From positions 114,762,001 to 114,826,000 of the forward strand of contig OX597817.1 of NCBI GenBank assembly GCA_951406725.2: a DNA stretch of 64,000 nucleotides, read 5' to 3'. The notes below the pieces were generated by a model. The model did not search any database and was not told where the DNA came from. It saw nothing but the letters and a program-made list of their open reading frames with translations. Shown here one piece after another: positions 55,510-64,000 of this stretch (the first letter of the stretch is position 1; each line of letters begins with the position of its first letter). Both the position numbers and the translations under genes were made by a program. This DNA is from Octopus vulgaris (Eukaryota).

Positions 55510-55980
55510 ATTTTCTCCCTGAGTGAAGGGCAGATTGTGTTATGCTTGTATAAAAATGCAATGTTGCATTGTTGTGAAACATGGTCATTGAATGCATGTG
55601 ATGCATGGAGTTGGAGTGAAATGGGGCAAACATGCTCTGTTGAATGTGTAATATTGATGTGCATAAATGACGCAGCACAAATGAACTGAGAGAAAAGCTG
55701 TGCATAACAAGAATCAAATGTTGTATGCTTGAGTGAGGAATATGCTGCTATGAACAAATGATATGTATTGAGTATGAATGTTGGTTAAATAACAGGAAAG
55801 CAATCTGAATAGCAAGCACCAAAACAAGGTGAAGATTGCAAAGAAGGACATGAGAATAAGTGATGAAAGCTGATTTTAGACAGTTAAACTTTACAACGGA
55901 AATAAGGAAACACTGCAAAAAAACTGACAAGGTGCTCTACGGGAGAAGACCCATGCAATTCATGTAATCGTGGAAAACAC
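55510..55980 (+). mobile_element. Old RTE-clade LINE C-terminal relic
   Basis: KNAMLHCCETWSL..EM resembles the RTE motif xMLYGSETW..E.xMLRWM. A (gat)n-rich tract follows. Confidence 0.6.
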
Positions 55981-56051
55981 ATATATAATAATAATAATGA
56001 GGAGGAGGAGGATGATGGAGGTGATGATGATGATGATTAAGAAGAAGAAGA

Positions 56052-56094
<43 letters not shown>

Positions 56095-56579
56095 CATATA
56101 TTCATTTTGGAATATGGAATAATGGATCTTAAAGTGTATGAAACTATGAATAATAGAATCATTTCACTCTCACAAAGTCAGCAACTTCTGGCTAGTGACT
56201 TTTTCTGCTGGGTCTATATGCATAAATTAATAGTGCACACACACAAACTCACACACATAACACACACACACATACATCACATCCACATATAGATAAATAG
56301 ATATGACTATATGTATAGAGAGTGAGATGAATGTGTGTGTGTGTGTGTGTAACTGATAAAGTGACCTCACTAGCAATGGTGGCATGAAGAAAGCACTCAA
56401 TATCCTCTGTAAAGCTAATGCTAAGAAGGGCACTTAGCTGTAGAAAGCAAGATAAACTTAGACAATGTAAAATGCTAAGGCTGGTTCCTTTAGTTGGTGC
56501 ACTTTATAGTATATTTTTTTAAACTCCCCTCTGATGTTACAGTTTTTTTCCTGGCTACTTAGAGTGTAAAGTACAATAC

Positions 56580-56745
56580 TGATAATAAGGAGAAGGAAAA
56601 ATTTGAACCATCAAATTTTATGTTTATGTGCAGTTGGTTTATTCATATGAATTGTCCAACACATGTTAGACAATTGATATGAATAAACCAACTGTAAATA
56701 AATATAAAGTTTGAATGTTCAAATTCTTCATCCTCCTTATTATCA
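56580..56745. repeat. Inverted repeat hairpin (~80-bp arms) next to (TA)n
   Basis: tgataataaggag..cagttggtttattcatat is mirrored by atatgaataaaccaactg..ctccttattatca. Confidence 0.9.
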
Positions 56746-56765
56746 ATATATGTATAATATGTATG

Positions 56766-56806
<41 letters not shown>

Positions 56807-57194
56807 ACACAAACACACAAACATTCAATTCACTTCTGAACTCATCAGCTGAGTTTTTGTAAAGGTTATCACAAAGCAACAACCAAATAACATCATGAAG
56901 TATTGACCTTAGTTCTGAAACCTACTTATTTGGTGTCTATGAGAATACTGAATATTTGTCTGTAACAGTGATTCTTAACCCTGGCTGGAGCATCTCCTTG
57001 AGTGGTGTTGTGAGCTCACAAGGGGACAGCAAATGTCAAGCGAGTGCAATGGGGTAAAGGCTGGGTGTTTAGAAGATTGTAATTTTACTTAGAAATGATG
57101 GTGGTAGCAGTCAATCTTTGTGATTGAACTTAGGAAACTTCATGTAAGAAATTCTCTCTTTTCTCTGTTACTAAACAGTTTGGAATTTAGGATC

Positions 57195-57600
57195 TTTTAT
57201 CTCTTACTTGGTTCAGTCATTAGACTGTGGCCATGCTAGGGCACTACCTTGAAGAATTTTTAGTCAAATGAATTGAGTCCAGTACAGATTTTTTTGTTGA
57301 ACCTGGTACTTATTCTATCACTCTCTTTTGCTGAACAGCTAATTTACAGAGATGTATACACAATAACACTGGTTGTCAAGTGGTGATGGGGACAAACAGA
57401 GACATGAAGGCTAACATACACACACACACACACACTCATATATATATACATGATGGGCTTCTTTCAGTTTCCATATGCTAAATCCACTCACAACGCTTTA
57501 GTTGACCCAAGATAATAGAAGACACTTGCCCAAGGTGCCCTGCAGTGGGACTAGACTTGGAATCATGTAGTTCGGAAGAAAGCTTCTTACCACACATCTT
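57195..57600 (-). mobile_element. SINE family A (other partial copies near 21400, 22900, 39300, 52400, 54730, 57640, 58250, 58970)
   Basis: Reverse-complement match to family A. Confidence 0.8.
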
Positions 57601-57863
57601 TGCCTAAACTTGTGCCTTGAAAATATATATATTCTTTTATTCTTTGACTGTGGCCATGATGGAACACAACCTTAAAGGGCTTTTAGTTGAAAAAAAAATC
57701 AACCCCAGGACTTATTCATTGTAAATCTAGTACTTGTTCTATTGGTCTCCTTTGCCGAACAGCTAAGTTAGAAGGACATTTATTTTTCAATCACTAGAGT
57801 TGTGGACAAGCTATACTGTACTCTACAATGTTCTTAACAAAATATACCATAACTATATATATA

Positions 57864-58196
57864 TGTGGCCGTTCGCCAGCCTCATCTGGCACCTGTGTCG
57901 GTGGCACATAAAAACACCATCCGAGCGTGGCCGTCTGCCAGCCTTGTCTGGCACCTGTGTCGGTGGCACATAAAAAATACCATCCGAGTGTGGCCGTTCG
58001 CCAGCCTCGTCTGGCACCTGTGTCGGTGGCACATAAAATCACCCACTACACTCTCGGAGTGGTTGGCGTTAGGAAGGGCATCCAGCTGTAGAAACACTGC
58101 CAGATCTGACTGGCCTGGTGCAGCCTTCGGGCTCCCCAGACCCCAGTTGAACCGTCCAACCCATGCTAGCATGGAAAACGGACGCTAAATGAATGA

Positions 58197-58200
<4 letters not shown>
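57864..58200 (+). mobile_element. RTE 3' UTR copy, 5'-truncated within the ~63-bp array (about 3 units)
   Basis: Near-identical reverse complement of 48300-48640, with a (gat)n tail then (TA)n. Confidence 0.9.
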
Positions 58201-58247
<47 letters not shown>

Positions 58248-59189
58248 GCTTCCACTCTGTTTTTACCTGCTAAATTTGCTTACAAGGTATTGGTTGGCTT
58301 GAGGCTATTGTAGAAAACACAGCTGTGCCTGCATTTCTTGCAATAAAATATTTAAACTATGTACAATATTTACATTTTAAACTCATTAAATAAATAAAAT
58401 TTTTATTGGGATTAAAATGTAAGTCAGACATTATGTTATCAGTGATGAGAATATCACTGATGATGTGCCAAAGTCTAATATAATTCCATTAGATAAGTCC
58501 TCATGCTCTTTAATAATCATGTTCTTTAATAAATAATTTAATTTATGAGTCACTAGTGAATGCAAATATCCTAAAATAGGATGCAATAATAAACCATTAT
58601 GTAAAGTTAACTTTTATTTGATAAAAATAATCTAGTGTTTCTGTTTTGTGCTTTTTGCGAAACAAGGGGGATGTTTTGTTTTTTTTGTAAAATGCTATCT
58701 TATGGAAAGAGGTACTCAGCTATGAAAGGTTGAGAATAAACCATTGGTTTATAGCTAAGTGTCTCTTATACAGATAACTAGTGAGGGATGTGTAGTTTTC
58801 TCTAATTATACTGCCACTTCAGACTATCAAGAGAGATAAATATGAGAAGAATGCCCAGAAAATGATTTAGGCACACTCCTGTTATATGAAAATTTATAAC
58901 AGTGGAGTGTATACATACATGTATCTCAGATATATATATATATGTAATATGTATGGCTGTGTGTATGTGTGTTTGTCTCCCACCACTGCTTCACAAATAG
59001 TGTGGGTTTGTCTATGCTCCTGCAACTTAGTGTTTTGGCAAAAGTGCCTGATAGAATAAGTACCAGGCTTTTAAAAATGAGCACTGGGGTTGATTTGCTT
59101 GCCTAAACCCTAGAAAGCAATTGCCCAGTGTGGCTGCATTCCAATGACTGAAACAAGTAAAAAATAAAAGGCAATATATATGTATATAT

Positions 59190-60535
59190 ATATACATACA
59201 TACATACATGCACACATACCTACATACATATCGTGGTCTTTCCTCATGTTTCTTGAAATTTATATCCACATCTTTATGAGTATATTTACCTTCTTGGGAT
59301 GTCAATAATTAATTTAAGAACTTTGTATTGTTGGAAAACATATATGGTCTGCTTGGAATCTTACTTCATTTTCCTGGAACTCACATCTATAACTTTATAA
59401 GTATATTTACACTCTCTAAGATGTTTGGAAAACCTATATGAAATTTAGCTGAAGATTACTTGACATTATATTTGCTGTAATATTTGCAGCTTTAATAAAA
59501 TGTTTATATTATGAAACAATTGTACTAAACTACCGATCCATTCTTGTTGCTTATTTTTTGGTTACATACATACATACATATAAATAAAGCATAATAAGGA
59601 AAGGGAAAAAATAGATGTGTAGATGTTACTTTATTCCAAGTTAGTCCATATATCCAATAAAAACTCTACAAATTGTTTCCAAGCAAAAGAAAACGAAATA
59701 AATCCTTTTGAAATCAAAAATTAGGCTTTTCCTTAGGAATTCATTATTGGAATGAATGGGCTGTTGTAAAGGTCTTTATATTTTTGTTGGTATAACACAT
59801 TCATTCCAATAATGAATTCCTTAGGAAAAGCCTAATTTGTGATTTCAAAAGGTTTTACTTCATTTTGTTTTGAATTAAGTAGGCTTTGAAACAACTTGTA
59901 GAGATTTTATTTGATATATGTACCAGAATAAAGTAGCATCTACACTTCTGTTTTTTTTTTTTTCTTTATTATAATTTATTCATTTATTGTACCAATATTG
60001 AATATATAGATTTTTATGTATTCTTTGCTTTGAATTGAACTGGCAGACTTGAATGTTTAACATTCCTTTGAATGATTTAGGTCTTTTATATATATATGTG
60101 TGAGTGTGTGTGTTTGTATAATTCTTGATATATGTATAATTCTTGATATATGTCTTTGATGTATGTAACCAAAAAATAAGCAACAAGAATGGATCGGTAG
60201 TTTACTACAATTGTTTCATACTATAAACATTTTATTAAAGCTGCAAATATTACAGCAAATATAATGTCAAGTAATCTTCAGCTAAATTTCATATAGGTTT
60301 TCCAAACATCTTAGAGAGTGTAAATATACTTATAAAGTTATAGATGTGAGTTCCAGGAAAATGAAGTAAGATTCCAAGCAGACCATATATGTTTTCCAAC
60401 AATACAAAGTTCTTAAATTAATTATTGACATCCCAGAGAAGGTAAATATACTCATAAAGATGTGGATATAAATTTCAAGAAACATGAGGAAAGATGCCGA
60501 TCAGACCATGATATGTAGGTATGTGTGCATGTATG

Positions 60536-60550
<15 letters not shown>
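59190..60550. repeat. Nested double inverted repeat (fold-back)
   Basis: The outer arms ~59190-59570 and ~60160-60550 are nearly identical. The inner, more diverged arms are ~59585-59757 and ~59798-59980. Confidence 0.95.
59444..59529 (+). ncRNA. Type I hammerhead ribozyme motif with long helix II
   Basis: tttag-CTGAAGA-(57 nt incl. gctgtaa/ttgcagc stem)-GAAA-caattg-TA-ctaaa. A mirror copy is at 60201-60286 on the minus strand. Confidence 0.7.
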
Positions 60551-60602
<52 letters not shown>

Positions 60603-60774
60603 GGACACACACATGAATACAAACATATGCATGTAAGCACAACCATCCCCAACCCCGTTCTTTTACTTCTGAACCTATTAAGTGATTTTTTTTGTAAAAG
60701 GTTACCACAAACGAAGCATATTTGATCTAGTCAAACATATCCAGCCATCATTTGTAACTTGGTAACATGTACCA

Positions 60775-60980
60775 ATTTCTTTACTACCCACAAGGGGCTA
60801 AACACAGAGAGGACAAACAAGGACTGACAAACGGATTAAGTCGATTATATCAACCCCAGTGCGTAACTGGTACTTATTTAATCGACCCTGAAAGGATGAA
60901 AGGCAAAGTCGAACTCGGCGGAATTTGAACTCAGAACGTAACGGCAGACGACGTAACTGCAGACGACGTAACTGCAGACG
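60775..60980 (-). mobile_element. SINE family B, 5'-truncated, 18-bp TSD
   Basis: Matches family B. TSD acttggtaacatgtacca is at 60757-60774 and 60981-60998. Confidence 0.92.
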
Positions 60981-62016
60981 ACTTGGTAACATGTACCATG
61001 CCTTGGCTTACTATTTTAAGTGCTCATGTAGTCCTAGATAGATGTAGACACCATCTCGGTGCCCACCCTCACCCTTGATACAGCATCACATCTAGGATGC
61101 AACAACTGGAGGGAGAAAGGAGAAAGAGCTTCACCAAGACTCAGTTGGTACTCTTTTGCAGCTAAGTAGACTGAGATTGTGTAAAATGAAGGGCCTTCGT
61201 CGAGGACATGATATGCCACCCAGTCCAGGAATTGATTTTGTGATCTAATGATCTTGGGATGAACACTTTAACCAGTAAGCTAGAATTTTCAATGAATTAA
61301 CATTTCTTGCTTTGCTACATCAAATATACTAGCAGCCACTTAACTATTTCAAACGAGATGACTGAGATCATGAAATTTGTCGGTTGTTGTAATAGCAGAT
61401 TATTTGTACGATGTGGAAAATATCTTTGAAATCAGCTTAGAAACATTTGATAATACTTGAAGAATAAGAAATGAGACACCTGAAACATCTTAAACTCACT
61501 CCAATTTAACTACTTGTACATTACAAAGCTTAAGTCATCAGATTCTAAATCAGTGAACGTCACAGTTAAGTGCATGTCACACATACAGTCACGCACACAT
61601 GCACACACATACACTCACATAAGGACATACATGTAAACACACACACACACACACTTGCAGAGTTAAACAAATACAAACCAAACACATGCATGTATATGTG
61701 TGTATGTTTGTGTATATATGCAGGCATGGCTGAATGGTTAAGAAGCTATCTTTGCAATCATGAAGTCTCAGGTTCAATCCCATTAAATGACATCTATATT
61801 TTACTTTTGCTTTAAGATCACCCCAGTAAAATTGGGTAAATGGAAACTTGTAGCTTGTTAGATGGATTGTACCTGTGTTTCCTCTCTGCCTATCACTCTT
61901 GATTACATTTTTCGCTTGATTGTAATTCTCACCTGTATGAATCCATCTTACACTATACATACATGCATGCATGCATCCATCCATACATACATACATACAT
62001 ACATACATACATACAT

Positions 62017-62413
62017 GATGGCTGTCCCCTCGTTATCGAGTATGTCGGAGTTATTCCAGTTACCTGAGTTACCTTCTCCTAGAAGGATACCCTAACAAAG
62101 GCTAGGAGTCCTTCACTTCCAATGGTTTAACCGTTCGATCGGGTATTCAGTCCGATTATTTCTATGTCCCCACGCGTGATACAGCCTTAAGCCTTAAGAA
62201 GAAAATAAATTACACATTTATTGGATGGCTGTTGACTCTCAAGAGTTCCTCCACCCTTTGACAGGTTTTGTTTTTCATCCCGCAGGGTGTCCAATAAACA
62301 CCCTCCTCACCAAGCAAGCTTGGTGGGATTGCCGGTTTAGTCGCCGACAGCCCGACCATGCAACAGGTTGTACTGGGTTACATGTTACCAGTAGCACTCG
62401 AAAGTGACCTGAC
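62017..62413 (-). mobile_element. CpG-rich ~400-bp non-autonomous retroelement-like insert in (TACA)n
   Basis: Sharp boundaries inside (TACA)n. It contains taggagaaggtaactc on the minus strand, resembling RTE 5' UTR sequence, and has no meaningful ORF. Confidence 0.55.
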
Positions 62414-62559
62414 ATAAACATACATACATACATACATACATACATACATACATACATACATACATACATACATACATACATACATACATACATACATACA
62501 TACATACATACATACATGCATGCATGCATGCATGCATGCATGCATGCTTGCATGTATGT

Positions 62560-62720
62560 TCTCTTGTGGAAAGAAGTTGCCCTCTGGACATGAATGTTGT
62601 TAGAGAACTACAAGAGAAAGAGGACATCTATGAATCATTGATAAGGAGTTTGCAAATCCAGTACCTAAAGTACACTTTCAGCTTCATACCTATTATTATT
62701 GGAGCAACAGGATACATACT
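62560..62720 (+). mobile_element. REL endonuclease fragment, same subfamily as 4880-5480
   Basis: VERSCPLDMNVVRELQEKEDIYESLIRSLQIQYLKYTFSFIPIIIGATGY aligns by eye with the 5.1-kb relic. It starts right after (TACA)n/(TGCA)n. Confidence 0.75.
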
Positions 62721-64000
62721 AAGCCTCAACCAGAAATTTATCTGGAACCCGTGCAAACACTGAAACCACATGGTGAAACTTTTAAGTAATTGGCACATTC
62801 TGTGATTTATAAAGATGAAGGAATGTAGTCAAATTTCCAGTTGCTAGCAATGTAACTTTAGTGGGTGGGGAAAAGGAAAGGCTAGAGATAGGCTAGATTC
62901 GGTTTACAAAGTGTTTGTGAAAGTACTAGAGTTCACTTTGTTGCAAATATTCAGATCAGGTCTGTCTCTAGTAAATACTATTCTCAGTGTGGTGCTTCTT
63001 GCTATGAATGTGTGTGTGTGTGTGTGTAAAGAAATGGGTCTGTAGCAAAGCACAAAGAAGCCAGCACCATTTTGAAACAATGAGATCTTGCCTGCAACCA
63101 TTGCCATATGTGAGACAAAAATGAGATCTCGCCTGGAACCATTATTTAAGAAAAAGACAACATTTTCCCTTTCATTCTTCTTATGCTGACACCAAACAAG
63201 ACTTCAAAGCCAGGAGCTCACAGTGGACTTTTGTCCCGCTGTGATACCACATGCATTGTCTCCAGGGGTTATTGAACCTCACATGTATGGGAGAGAAGGC
63301 TAAGTATGCATTGCTGTGAAGATGGTTGCTGAAAGCAAACCCCTTGCTTCATGCTACTGATCATTCTGGATGCCTGATAAAGTAAAAGTAAGATCAAATC
63401 ATCCACTTCTTAATGTGATGTCGCTTACTCCCTCACTTCCAATTCTGACATCTCCCTTCCAAACAAACATATACTACTTAACATTTAGAAAAAAAACTTG
63501 TGTCGATATCAAACACGGGTCAAATACTGGTGTCAATTCCTATAATGAATCCTAAATGTGAATGGAATTATAATAGAAGAGATTCTAAACAATGCTTTTA
63601 AAATAAACTTTTAATAACACTTCATAGAAACTTTTATCTAAATCAAATCAAAAGCATTCTAAATAACACTTTAAACACACACACACATATGTATTGCTAC
63701 TGAAGATTTAGTCTCTGTTGTATGTCTCAGGTAATTCTTACATTTTATTCTACTTATGTGATGTGATGTTTTGTGATGTTATCAATTATAAAATATTTTA
63801 TGAATGACATATATGACTATATTTTCTAGGTTCTTTTTGTTTGGACTTGGTTAAAAGACACCTATCCAAAGATGTTTTGTTTATTGGTTTTTATTCCCAA
63901 CTAAAATAAAGTGTCATTTATTTTGTTACTATATTTTCCCATTTGGTTTTTCTGTGTGAAAAAGAATTCTTAAAACCCCAGTATTATCAGATATTCATAG

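Noticed and set aside
63020-63560. Possible host exon in higher-complexity sequence
   Set aside because: No convincing open frame with splice signals or a recognisable domain.
1-64000. Hundreds of short ORFs ([12 protein letters not shown], poly-L/I/T)
   Set aside because: They are translations of microsatellites or SINE bodies with no protein-like composition.

Overview
This is AT-rich, microsatellite-saturated eukaryotic non-coding DNA (intergenic or a large intron). The repeat families suggest a coleoid cephalopod such as Octopus, but that is inference. I found no host protein-coding exon, and almost all ORFs in the supplied track are artefacts of (TA)n/(CA)n/(TG)n repeats or of SINE sequence. 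Recognisable content: (1) a full-length but decayed mariner element with 37-bp TIRs and TA TSD (10956-12225); (2) two further Tc1/mariner-superfamily transposase relics; (3) hAT-, piggyBac- and pogo/Tc2-type MITEs; (4) four tRNA-derived SINE families in many copies; (5) RTE-clade LINE fragments, one with a 63-bp tandem array in its 3' UTR; (6) three R4/Dong-like restriction-like-endonuclease relics beside microsatellites; (7) a Penelope-like GIY-YIG relic. The most interesting signal is more than a dozen intact or decayed minimal type I hammerhead-ribozyme motifs (CTGANGA...GAAA-palindrome-TH). Most sit in short inserts within microsatellites, often as inverted fold-back pairs. The largest example is a nested ~1.3-kb double hairpin (59190-60550) carrying four hammerhead motifs. 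All coordinates were read by eye and boundaries may be off by a few bases.
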